Assembly: GCA_964016885.1 (NCBI GenBank) | Contig: OZ024748.1 | Coordinates: 43,400,001 to 43,464,000 of the forward strand | Length of the DNA stretch: 64,000 nucleotides | Direction: 5' to 3' | Origin: Eledone cirrhosa | Taxonomy: Eukaryota | Part shown: positions 7,772 to 19,700 of the stretch, in pieces | How positions within the stretch are numbered: the first letter of the stretch is position 1 | Layout: the number at the start of each line of letters is the position of its first letter | Made by a program: the position numbers and the translations under genes | The notes under the pieces: model-generated | What the model saw: only the letters and a program-made list of their open reading frames with translations | Told to the model about the DNA's origin: nothing | Database searches by the model: none

Positions 7772-10700
7772 GGGGTTCCTTCTCTCAAGACCTTCTGCTG
7801 TCCAGCTCTCCCGGGGTTCCTTCTCTGAAGACCTTCTGCTGTCCAGCTCTCCCGGGGTTCCTTCTCTGAAGACCTTCTGCTGTCCAGCTCTCCCGGGGTT
7901 CCTTCTCTGAAGACCTTCTGCTGTCCAGCTCTCCCGGGGTTCCTTCTCTGAAGACCTTCTGCTGTCCAGCTCTCCCGGAGTTCCTTCTCTGAAGACCTTC
8001 TGCTGTCCAGCTCTCCCGGGGTTCCTTCTCTGAAGACCTTCTGCTGTCCAGCTCTCCCGGGGTTCCTTCTCTGAAGACCTTCTACTGTCCAGCTCTCCTG
8101 GAGTTCCTTCTCTGAAGACCTTCTGCTGTCCAGCTCTCCCGGGGTTCCTTCTCTGAAGACCTTCTGCTGTCAAGCTCTCCCGGGGTTCCTTCTCTGAAGA
8201 CCTTCTACTGTCCAGCTCTCCTGGAGTTCCTTCTCTGAAGACCTTCTGCTGTCCAGTTCTCCCGGGGTTCCTTCTCTGAAGACCTTCTACTGTCCAGCTC
8301 TCCCGGGGTTCCTTCTCTGAAGACCTTCTACTGTCCAGTTCTCCCGGGGTTCCTTCTCTGAAGACCTTCTACTGTCCAGCTCTCCCGGGGTTCCTTCTCT
8401 GAAGACCTTCTACTGTCCAGCTCTCCCGGGGTTCCTTCTCTGAAGACCTTCTACTGTCCAGCTCTCCTGAAGTTCCTTCTCTGAAGACCTTCTGCTGTCC
8501 AGTTCTCCCGGGGTTCCTTCTCTGAAGACCTTCTACTGTCCAGCTCTCCCGGGGTTCCTTCTCTGAAGACCTTCTACTGTCCAGCTCTCCTGGAGTTCCT
8601 TCTCTGAAGACCTTCTGCTGTCCAGCTCTCCCGGGGTTCCTTCTCTGAAGACCTTCTGCTGTCCAGCTCTCCTGGAGTTCCTTCTCTGAAGACCTTCTGC
8701 TGTCCAGCTCTCCCGGGGTTCCTACTCTGAAGACCTTCTACTGTCCAGCTCTCCTGGAGTTCCTTCTCTGAAGACCTTCTGCTGTCCAGTTCTCCCGGGG
8801 TTCCTTCTCTGAAGACCTTCTACTGTCCAGCTCTCCCGGGGTTCCTTCTCTGAAGACCTTCTACTGTCCAGTTCTCCCGGGGTTCCTTCTCTGAAGACCT
8901 TCTACTGTCCAGCTCTCCCGGGGTTCCTTCTCTGAAGACCTTCTACTGTCCAGCTCTCCTGGAGTTCCTTCTCTGAAGACCTTCTGCTGTCCAGTTCTCC
9001 CGGGGTTCCTTCTCTGAAGACCTTCTACTGTCCAGCTCTCCCGGGGTTCCTTCTCTGGAGACCTTCTACTGTCCAGCTCTCCTGGAGTTCCTTCTCTGAA
9101 GACCTTCTGCTGTCCAGCTCTCCCGGGGTTCCTTCTCTGAAGACCTTCTGCTGTCCAGCTCTCCTGGAGTTCCTTCTCTGAAGACCTTCTGCTGTCCAGC
9201 TCTCCCGGGGTTCCTTCTCTGAAGACCTTCTACTGTCCAGCTCTCCTGGAGTTCCTTCTCTGAAGACCTTCTGCTGTCCAGCTCTCCCGGGGTTCCTTCT
9301 CTGAAGACCTTCTGCTGTCCAGCTCTCCTGGAGTTCCTTCTCTGAAGACCTTCTGCTGTCCAGCTCTCCCGGGGTTCCTTCTCTGAAGACCTTCTGCTGT
9401 CCAGCTCTCCTGGAGTTCCTTCTCTGAAGACCTTCTGCTGTCCAGCTCTCCCGGGGTTCGTTCTCTGAAGACCTTCTACTGTCCAGCTCTCCTGGAGTTC
9501 CTTCTCTGAAGACCTTCTGCTGTCCAGCTCTCCCGGGGTTCCTTCTCTGAAGACCTTCTACTGTCCAGCTCTCCCTGGGTTCCTTCTCTGAAGACCTTCT
9601 GCTGCCCAGCTCTCCCGGGGTTCCTTCTCTGAAGACCTTCTGCTGTCCAGCTCTCCTGGAGTTCCTCCTCTGAAGACCTTCTACTGTCCAGCTCTCCCGG
9701 GGTTCCTTCTCTCAAGACCTTCTGCTGTCCAGCTCTCCCGGGGTTCCTTCTCTCAAGACCTTCTGCTGTCCTGCTCTCCTGAAGTTCCTCCTCTGAAGAC
9801 CTTCTGCTGTCCAGCTCTCCCGGGGTTCCTTCTCTCAAGACCTTCTGCTGTCCAGCTCTCCCGGGGTTCCTTCTCTGAAGACCTTCTGTTGTCCAGCTCT
9901 CCTGGGGTTCCTTCTCTGAAGACCTTCTGCTGTCCAGCTCTCCTGGGGTTCCTTCTCTGAAGACCTTCTGCTGTCAAGCTCTCCCGGGGTTCCTTCTCTG
10001 AAGACCTTCTACTGTCCAGCTCTCCTGGAGTTCCTTCTCTGAAGACCTTCTGCTGTCCAGTTCTCCCGGGGTTCCTTCTCTGAAGACCTTCTACTGTCCA
10101 GCTCTCCCGGGGTTCCTTCTCTGAAGACCTTCTACTGTCCAGCTCTCCTGGAGTTCCTTCTCTGAAGACCTTCTGCTGTCCAGCTCTCCCGGGGTTCCTT
10201 CTCTGAAGACCTTCTGCTGTCCAGCTCTCCTGGAGTTCCTTCTCTGAAGACCTTCTGCTGTCCAGCTCTCCCGGGGTTCCTACTCTGAAGACCTTCTACT
10301 GTCCAGCTCTCCTGGAGTTCCTTCTATGAAGACCTTCTGCTGTCCAGCTCTCCCGGGATTCCTTCTCTGAAGACCTTCTGCTGTCCAGCTCTCCTGGAGT
10401 TCCTTCTCTGAAGACCTTCTGCTGTCCAGCTCTCCCGGGGTTCCTTCTCTGAAGACCTTCTACTGTCCAGCTCTCCCGGGGTTCCTTCTCTGAAGACCTT
10501 CTGCTGCCCAGCTCTCCCGGGGTTCCTTCTCTGAAGACCTTCTGCTGTCCAGCTCTCCTGGAGTTCCTCCTCTGAAGACCTTCTACTGTCCAGCTCTCCC
10601 GGGGTTCCTTCTCTGAAGACCTTCTGCTGTCCAGCTCTCCCGGGGTTCCTTCTCTCAAGACCTTCTGCTGTCCTGCTCTCCTGAAGTTCCTCCTCTGAAG

Positions 10701-13700
10701 ACCTTCTGCTGTCCAGCTCTCCCGGGGTTCCTTCTCTCAAGACCTTCTGCTGGCCAGCTCTCCCGGGGTTCCTTCTCTGAAGACCTTCTGTTGTCCAGCT
10801 CTCCTGGGGTTCCTTCTCTGAAGACCTTCTGCTGTCCAGCTCTCCCGGGGTTCCTTCTCTGAAGACCTTCTGCTGTCCAGCTCTCCTGGAGTTCCTTCTC
10901 TGAAGACCTTCTGCTGTCCAGCTCTCCCGGGGTTCCTTCTCTGAAGACCTGCTGTCCAGCTCTCCCGGGGTTCCTTCTCTCAAACCTTCTGCTGTCCAGC
11001 TCTCCCGGGGTTCCTTCTCTGAAGACCTTCTGCTGTCCAGCTCTCCTGGGGTTCCTTCTCTCAAGACCTTCTGCTGTCCAGCTCTCCCGGGGTTCCTTCT
11101 CTCAAGACCTTCTGCTGTCCAGTTCTCCCGGTGTTCCTTCTCTGAAGACCTTCTGCTGTCCAGCTCTCCTGAAGTTCCTCCTCTGAAGACCTTCTGCTGT
11201 CCACGGGGTTCCTTCTCTCAAGACCTTGTGCTGTCCAGCTCTCCCGGGGTTCCTTCTCTGAAGACCTTCTGCTGTCCAGCTCTCCTGGAAGTTCCTCCTC
11301 TGAAGACCTTCTGCTGTCCAGCTCTCCCGGGGTTCCTTCTCTGAAGACCTTCTGCTGTCCAGCCCTCCCGGGGTTCCTTCTCTGAAGACCTTCTGCTGTC
11401 CAGCTCTCCCGGGGTTCCTTCTCTGATGACCTTCTACTGTCCAGCTCTCCCGGGGTTCCTTCTCTGAAGACCTTCTGCTGTCCAGCTCTCCCGGGGTTCC
11501 TTCTCTGAAAACCTTCTGCTGTCCAGCTCTCCTGGAGTTCCTTCTCTGAAGACCTTCTGCTGTCCAGCTCTCCCGGGGTTCCTTCTCTGAAGACCTTCTG
11601 CTGTCCAGCTCTCCTGGAGTTCCTTCTCTGAAGACCTTCTGCTGTCCAGCTCTCCCGGGGTTCCTTCTCTGAAGACCTTCTGCTGTCCAGCTCTCCCGGG
11701 GTTCCTTCTCTGAAGACTTTCTGCTGTCCAGTTCTCCTGGAGTTCCTTCTCTGAAGACCTTCTGCTGACCAGCTCTCCCGGGGTTCCTTCTCTGAAGACC
11801 TTCTGCTGTCCAACTCTCCTGGGGTTCCTTCTCTGAAGACCTTCTGCTGTCCAGATCTCCCGGCGTTCCTTCTCTCAAGACCTTCTGCTGTCCAGTTCTC
11901 CCGGGGTTCCTTCTCTGAAGACCTTCTGCTGTCCAGCTCTCCTGAAGTTCCTCCTCTGAAAGCCTTCTGCTGTCCAGCTCTCCTGGAGTTCCTTCTGTGA
12001 AGACCTTCTACTGTCCAGATCTCCTGAGAGTTTCTTCTCTGAAGACCTTCTGCTGTCCAGCTCTCCTGGAGTTCCTTCTCTCAAGACCTTCTGCTGTCCA
12101 GATCTCCTGAGAGTTTCTTCTCTGAAGACTTTCTGCTGTCCAGCTCTTCTGGAGTTCCTTCTCTGAAGACCTTCTGCTGTCCAGCTCTCCTGGAGTTCCT
12201 TCTCTCAAGACCTTCTACTGTCCAGCTCTCCTGGGGTTCCTTCTCTGAAGACCTTCTGCTGTCCAGCTCTCCCGGAGTTCCTCCTCTGAAGACCTTCTGC
12301 TGTCCAGCCCTCCCGGGGTTCCTTCCCTGAAGACCTTCTGCTGTCCAGCTCTCCCGGGGTTCCTTCTCTGAAGACCTTCTGCTGTCCAGCTCTCCCGGGG
12401 TTCCTTCTCTGAAGACGTTCTGCTGTCCAGCTCTCCTGGAGTTCCTTCTCTGAAGACCTTCTGCTGTCCAGCTCTCCCGGGGTTCCTTCTCTGAAGACCT
12501 TCTGTTGTCCAGCTCTCCCGGGGTTCCTTCTCTGAAGACCTTCTACTGTCCAGATCTCCTGGAAGTTCCTCCTCTGAACACCTTCTGCAGTCCAGCTCTC
12601 CTGGAGTTCCTTCTCTGAAGATCTTCTACTGTCCAGATCTCCTGAGAGTTTCTTTACTGAAGACCTTCTGGTGTCCAGCTCTCCTGGAGTTCCTTCTCTC
12701 AACACCTTCTGCTGTCCAGATCTCCTGAGAGTTTCTTCTCTGAAGACCTTCTGCTGTCCAGCTCTCCTGGAGTTCCTTCTCTGAAGACCTTCTGCTGTCC
12801 AGCTCTCCTGAGAGTTCCTTCTCTGAAGACCTTCTGCTGTCCAGCTCTCCTGGGAGTTCCTTCTCTGAAGACCTTCTGCTGTCCAGCTCTGCTGGAAGTT
12901 CCTTCTCTCAAGACCTTCTACTGTCCAGCTCTCCCGGGGTTCCTTCTCTCAAGACCTTCTGCTGTCCTGCTCCGCTGGAGTTCCTTCTCTGAAGACCTTC
13001 TGCTGTCCAGCTCTCCCGGGGTTCCTTCTCTGAAGACCTTCTGCAGTCCAGCTCTCCTGGGGTTCCTACTCTTAAGACCTTCTGCTGTCCAGCTCTCCCG
13101 GGGTTCCTTCTCTGAGGACCTTCTGCTGTCCAGCTCTCCCGGGGTTCCTTCTCTGAAGACCTACTGCTATCCAGCTCTCCCGGGGTTCCTTCTCTGAAGA
13201 CCTTCTGCTGTCCAGCTCTCCTGGAGTTCCTCCTCTGAAGACCTTCTGCTGTCCAGCTCTCCCGGGGTTCCTTCTCTCAAACCTTCTGCAGTCCAGCTCT
13301 CCCGGGGTTCCTTCTCTCAAAACCTTCTGCTGTCCAGCTCTCCCGGGGTTCCTTCTCTCAAGACCTTCTGCTGTCCAGCTCTCCTGAAGTTCCTCCTCTG
13401 AAGACCTTCTGCTGTCCAGCTCTCCCGGGGTTCCTTCTCTGAAGACCTTCTGCTGTCCAGCTCTCCCGGGGTTCCTTCTCTGAAGACCTTCTGCTGTCCA
13501 GCTCTCCTGGAGTTCCTTCTCTGAAGACCTGCTGTCCAGCTCTCCCGGGGTTCCTTCTCTGAAGACCTTCTGCTGTCCAGCTCTCCCGGGGTTCCTTCTC
13601 TCAAGACCTTCTGCTATCCAGCTCTCCCGGGGTTCCTTCTCTGAAGACCTTCTGCTGTCCAGCTCTCCTGGAGTTCCTCCTCTGAAGACCTTCTGCTGTC

Positions 13701-16700
13701 CAGCTCTCCCGGGGTTCCTTCTCTCAAACCTTCTGCTGTCCAGCTCTCCCGGGGTTCCTTCTCTCAAGACCTTCTGCTGTCCAGCTCTCCCGGGGTTCCT
13801 TCTCTGAAGACCTTCTGCTCTCCAGCTCTCCTGGAGTTCCTTCTCTGAAGACCTTCTGCTGTCCAGCTCTCCCGGGGTTCCTTCTCTGAAGACCTTCTGC
13901 TGTCCAGCTCTCCCGGGGTTCCTTCTCTCAAGACCTTCTGCTGTCCAGCTCTCCCGGGGTTCCTTCTCTGATGACGTTCTGCTGTCCAGTTCTCCTGGGG
14001 TTCCTTCTCTGAAGACCTTTTGCTGTCCAGCTCTCCCGGCGTTCCTTCTCTCAAGACCTTCTGCTGTCCAGTTCTCCCGGGGTTCCTTCTCTGAAGACCT
14101 TCTGCTGTCCAGCTCTCCTGAAGTTCCTCCTCTGAAGACCTTCTGCTGTCCAGCTCTCCCGGAGTTCCTTCTCTCAAGACCTTCTGCTGTTCAGTTCTCC
14201 CGGGGTTCCTTCTCTGAAGACCTTCTGCTGTCCAGCTCTCCTGAAGTTCCTCCTCTAAAAACCTTCTGATGTCCAGCTCTCCCGGGGTTCCTTCTCTGAA
14301 GACCTTCTGCTGTCCAGCTCTCCCGGGGTTCCTACTCTCAAGACCTTCTGCTGTCCAGCTCTCCCGGAATTCCTTCTCTGAAGACCTTCTGCTGTCCAGC
14401 TCTCCCAGGGTTCCTTCTCTCAAGACCTTCTGCTGTCCAGCTCTCCCAGGGTTCCTTCTCTCAAGACCTTCTGCTGTCCAGCGCTCCCTGGGTTCCTTCT
14501 CTCAAGACCTTCTGCTGTCCAGCGCTCCCGGAGTTCCTTCTCTGAAGACCTTCTGCTGTCCAGCGCTCCTGGGGTTCCTTCTCTGAAGACCTTCTGTTGT
14601 CCAGCTCTCCCAGGTTCCTTCTCTCAAGACCTTCTGCTGTCCAGCTCTCCTGGAAGTTCCTCCTATGAAAACCTTCAGCTGTCCAGCTCTCCCGGGGTTT
14701 CTTCTCTCAAGACCTTCTGCTGTCCAGCTCTCCCGGGGTTCCTTATGAAGACCTTCTGCTGTCCAGCTCTCCCGGGGTTCCTTCTCTGAAGACCTTCTGC
14801 TGTCCAGCTCTCCCGGGGTTCCTTCTCTGAAGACCTTCTGCTGTCCAGCTCTCCCGGGGTTCCTTCTCTCAAGACCTTCTGCTGTCCAGCTCTCCCAGGG
14901 TTCCTTCTCTCAAGACCTTCTGCTGTCCAGCTCTCCCGGGGTTCCTTCTCTCAAGACCTTCTGCTGTCCAGCTCTCCTGGAAGTTCCTCCTCTGAAGACC
15001 TTCTGCTGTCCAGCTCTCCTGGGGTTCCTTATCTGAAGACCTTCTGCTGTCCAGCTCTCCCGGGGATCCTACTCTCAAGTCCTTCTGCTGTCCAGCTCTC
15101 CTGGAAGTTCCTCCTCTGAAGACCTTCTGCTGTCCAGCTCTCCCGGGGTTCCTTCTCTGAAGACCTTCTACTGTCCAGATCTCCTGGAAGTTCCTCCTCT
15201 GAACACCTTCTGCAGTCCAGCTCTCCTGGAGTTCCTTCTCTGAAGATCTTCTACTGTCCAGATCTCCTGAGAGTTTCTTTACTGAAGACATTCTGGTGTC
15301 CAGCTCTCCTGGAGTTCCTTCTCTCAACACCTTCTGCTGTCCAGATCTCCTGAGAGTTTCTTCTCTGAAGACCTTCTGCTGTCCAGCTCTCCTGGAGTTC
15401 CTTCTCTGAAGACCTTCTGCTGTCCAGCTCTCCTGAGAGTTCCTTCTCTGAAGACCTTCTGCTGTCCAGCTCTCCCTGGGAGTTCCTTCTCTGAAGACCT
15501 TCTACTGTCCAGCTCTCCCGGGGTTCCTTCTCTGAAGACCTTCTGCTGTGCAGCACTCCCGGGGTTCCTTCTCTGAAGACCTTCTACTGTCCAGCTCTCC
15601 TGGAAGTTCCTTCTCTGAAGACCTTCTGCTGTCCAGCTCTCCTGGAGTTCCTTCTCTGAAGACCTTCTGCTGTCCAGCTCCCCTGGGAGTTCCTTCTCTG
15701 AAGACCTTCTGCTGTCCAGCTCTGCTGGGAGTTCCTTCTCTCAAGACCTTCTACTGTCCAGCTCTCCCGGGGTTCCTTCTCTCAAGACCTTCTGCTGTCC
15801 TGCTCCGCTGGAGTTCCTTCTCTGAAGACCTTCTGCTGTCCAGCTCTCCCGGGGTTCCTTCTCTGAAGACCTTCTGCAGTCCAGCTCTCCTGGGGTTCCT
15901 TCTCTTAAGACCTTCTGCTGTCCAGCTCTCCCGGGGTTCCTTCTCTGAGGACCTTCTGCTGTCCAGCTCTCCCGGGGTTCCTTCTCTCAAGACCTTCTGC
16001 TATCCAGCTCTCCCGGGGTTCCTTCTCTGAAGACCTTATGCTGTCCAGCTCTCCTGGAGTTCCTCCTCTGAAGACCTTCTGCTGTCCAGCTCTCCCGGGG
16101 TTCCTTCTCTCAAACCTTCTGCAGTCCAGCTCTCCCGGGGTTCCTTCTCTCAAGACCTTCTGCTGTCCAGCTCTCCCGGGGTTCCTTCTCTCAAGACCTT
16201 CTGCTGTCCAGCTCTCCTGAAGTTCCTCCTCTGAAGACCTTCTGCTGTCCAGCTCTCCCGGGGTTCCTTCTCTGAAGACCTTCTGCTGTCCATCTCTCCC
16301 GGGGTTCCTTCTCTGAAGACCTTCTGCTGTCTAGCTCTCCTGGAGTTCCTTCTCTGAAGACCTTCTGCTGTCCAGCTCTCCCGGGGTTCCTTCTCTGAAG
16401 ACCTTCTGCTGTCCAGCTCTCCCGGGGTTCCTTCTCTCAAGACCTTCTGCTATCCAGCTCTCCCGGGGTTCCTTCTCTGAAGACCTTCTGCTGTCCAGCT
16501 CTCCTAGAGTTCCTCCTCTGAAGACCTTCTGCTGTCCAGCTCTCCCGGGGTTCCTTCTCTCAAATCTTCTGCTGTCCAGCTCTCCCGGGGTTCCTTCTCT
16601 CAAGACCTTCTGCTGTCCAGCTCTCCCGGTGTTCCTTCTCTCAAGACCTTCTGCTGTCCAGCTCTCCTGAAGTTCCTCCTCTGAAGACCTTCTGCTGTCC

Positions 16701-19700
16701 AGCTCTCCCGGGGTTCCTTATCTGAAGACCTTCTGCTGTCCAGCTCTCCCGGGGTTCCTTCTCTGAAGACCTTCTGCTGTCCAGCTCTCCTGGAGTTCCT
16801 TCTCTGAAGACCTTCTGCTGTCCAGCTCTCCCGGGGTTCCTTCTCTGAAGACCTTCTGATGTCCAGCTCTCCCGGGGTTCCTTCTCTCAAGACCTTCTGC
16901 TGTCCAGCTCTCCCGGGGTTCCTTCTCTGATGACCTTCTGCTGTCCAGTTCTCCTGGGGTTCCTTCTCTGAAGACCTTCTGCTGTCCAGCTCTCCCGGCG
17001 TTCCTTCTCTCAAGACCTTCTGCTGTTCAGTTCTCCCGGGGTTCCTTCTCTGAAGACCTTCTGCTGTCCAGCTCTCCTGAAGTTCCTCCTCTAAAAACCT
17101 TCTGATGTCCAGCTCTCCCGGGGTTTCTTCTCTGAAGACCTTCTGCTGTCCAGCTCTCCCGGGGTTCCTGCTCTCAAAACCTTCTGCTGTCCAGCTCTCC
17201 CGGAATTCCTTCTCTGAAGACCTTCTGCTGTCCAGCTCTCCCAGGGTTCCTTCTCTCAAGACCTTCTGCTGTCCAGCTCTCCCAGGGTTCCTTCTCTCAA
17301 GACCTTCTGCTGTCCAGCGCTCCCGGGGTTCCTTCTCTCAAGACCTTCTGCTGTCCAGCGCTCCCGGAGTTCCTTCTCTGAAGACCTTCTGCTGTCCAGC
17401 GCTCCCGGGGTTCCTTCTCTGAAGACCTTCTGTTGTCCAGCTCTCCCAGGTTCCTTCTCTCAAGACCTTCTGCTGTCCAGCTCTCCTGGAAGTTCCTCCT
17501 ATGAAAACCTTCTGCTGTCCAGCTCTCCCGGGGTTCCTTCTCTCAAGACCTTCTGCTGTCCAGCTCTCCCGGGGTTCCTTATGAAGACCTTCTGCTGTCC
17601 AGCTCTCCCGGGGTTCCTTCTCTGAAGACCTTCTGCTGTCCAGCTCTCCCGGGGTTCCTTCTCTGAAGACCTTCTGCTGTCCAGCTCTCCCGGGGTTCCT
17701 TCTCTCAAGACCTTCTGCTGTCCAGCTCTCCCAGGGTTCCTTCTCTCAAGACCTTCTGCTGTCCAGCTCTCCCGGGGTTCCTTCTCTCAAGACCTTCTGC
17801 TGTCCAGCTCTCCCGGGGTTCCTTCTCTCAAGACCTTCTGCTGTCCAGCTCTCCCAGGGTTCCTTCTCTCAAGACCTTCTGCTGTCCAGCTCTCCCGGGG
17901 TTCCTTCTCTCAAGACCTTCTGCTGTCCAGCTCTCCTGGAAGTTCCTCCTCTGAAGACCTTCTGCTGTCCAGCTCTCCTGGGGTTCCTTATCTGAAGACC
18001 TTCTGCTGTCCAGCTCTCCCGGGGATCCTACTCTCAAGTCCTTCTGCTGTCCAGCTCTCCTGGAAGTTCCTCCTCTGAAGACCTTCTGCTGTCCAGCTCT
18101 CCCGGGGTTCCTTCTCTGAAGACCTTCTGCTGTCCAGCTCTCCTGGAGTTCCTTCTCTGAAGACCTTCTGCTGTCCAGCTCTCCCGGGGTTCCTTCTCTC
18201 AAGACCTTTTGCTGTCCAGCTCTCCCGGCGTTCCTTCTCTCAAGACCTTCTGCTGTCCAGTTCTCCCGGGGTTCCTTCTCTGAAGACCTTCTGCTGTCCA
18301 GCTCTCCTGAAGTTCCTCCTCTGAAGACCTTCTGCTGTCCAGCTCTCCCGGAGTTCCTTCTCTCAAGACCTTCTGCTGTTCAGTTCTCCCGGGGTTCCTT
18401 CTCTGAAGACCTTCTGCTGTCCAGCTCTCCTGAAGTTCCTCCTCTAAAAACCTTCTGATGTCCAGCTCTCCCGGGGTTCCTTCTCTGAAGACCTTCTGCT
18501 GTCCAGCTCTCCCGGGGTTCCTACTCTCAAGACCTTCTGCTGTCCAGCTCTCCCGGAATTCCTTCTCTGAAGACCTTCTGCTGTCCAGCTCTCCCAGGGT
18601 TCCTTCTCTCAAGACCTTCTGCTGTCCAGCTCTCCCAGGGTTCCTTCTCTCAAGACCTTCTGCTGTCCAGCGCTCCCGGAGTTCCTTCTCTGAAGACCTT
18701 CTGCTGTCCAGCGCTCCTGGGGTTCCTTCTCTGAAGACCTTCTGTTGTCCAGCTCTCCCAGGTTCCTTCTCTCAAGACCTTCTGCTGTCCAGCTCTCCTG
18801 GAAGTTCCTCCTATGAAAACCTTCAGCTGTCCAGCTCTCCCGGGGTTTCTTCTCTCAAGACCTTCTGCTGTCCAGCTCTCCCGGGGTTCCTTATGAAGAC
18901 CTTCTGCTGTCCAGCTCTCCCGGGGTTCCTTCTCTGAAGACCTTCTGCTGTCCAGCTCTCCCGGGGTTCCTTCTCTGAAGACCTTCTGCTGTCCAGCTCT
19001 CCCGGGGTTCCTTCTCTCAAGACCTTCTGCTGTCCAGCTCTCCCAGGGTTCCTTCTCTCAAGACCTTCTGCTGTCCAGCTCTCCCGGGGTTCCTTCTCTC
19101 AAGACCTTCTGCTGTCCAGCTCTCCTGGAAGTTCCTCCTCTGAAGACCTTCTGCTGTCCAGCTCTCCTGGGGTTCCTTATCTGAAGACCTTCTGCTGTCC
19201 AGCTCTCCCGGGGATCCTACTCTCAAGTCCTTCTGCTGTCCAGCTCTCCTGGAAGTTCCTCCTCTGAAGACCTTCTGCTGTCCAGCTCTCCCGGGGTTCC
19301 TTCTCTGAAGACCTTCTACTGTCCAGATCTCCTGGAAGTTCCTCCTCTGAACACCTTCTGCAGTCCAGCTCTCCTGGAGTTCCTTCTCTGAAGATCTTCT
19401 ACTGTCCAGATCTCCTGAGAGTTTCTTTACTGAAGACATTCTGGTGTCCAGCTCTCCTGGAGTTCCTTCTCTCAACACCTTCTGCTGTCCAGATCTCCTG
19501 AGAGTTTCTTCTCTGAAGACCTTCTGCTGTCCAGCTCTCCTGGAGTTCCTTCTCTGAAGACCTTCTGCTGTCCAGCTCTCCTGAGAGTTCCTTCTCTGAA
19601 GACCTTCTGCTGTCCAGCTCTCCTGGGAGTTCCTTCTCTGAAGACCTTCTACTGTCCAGCTCTCCCGGGGTTCCTTCTCTGAAGACCTTCTGCTGTGCAG

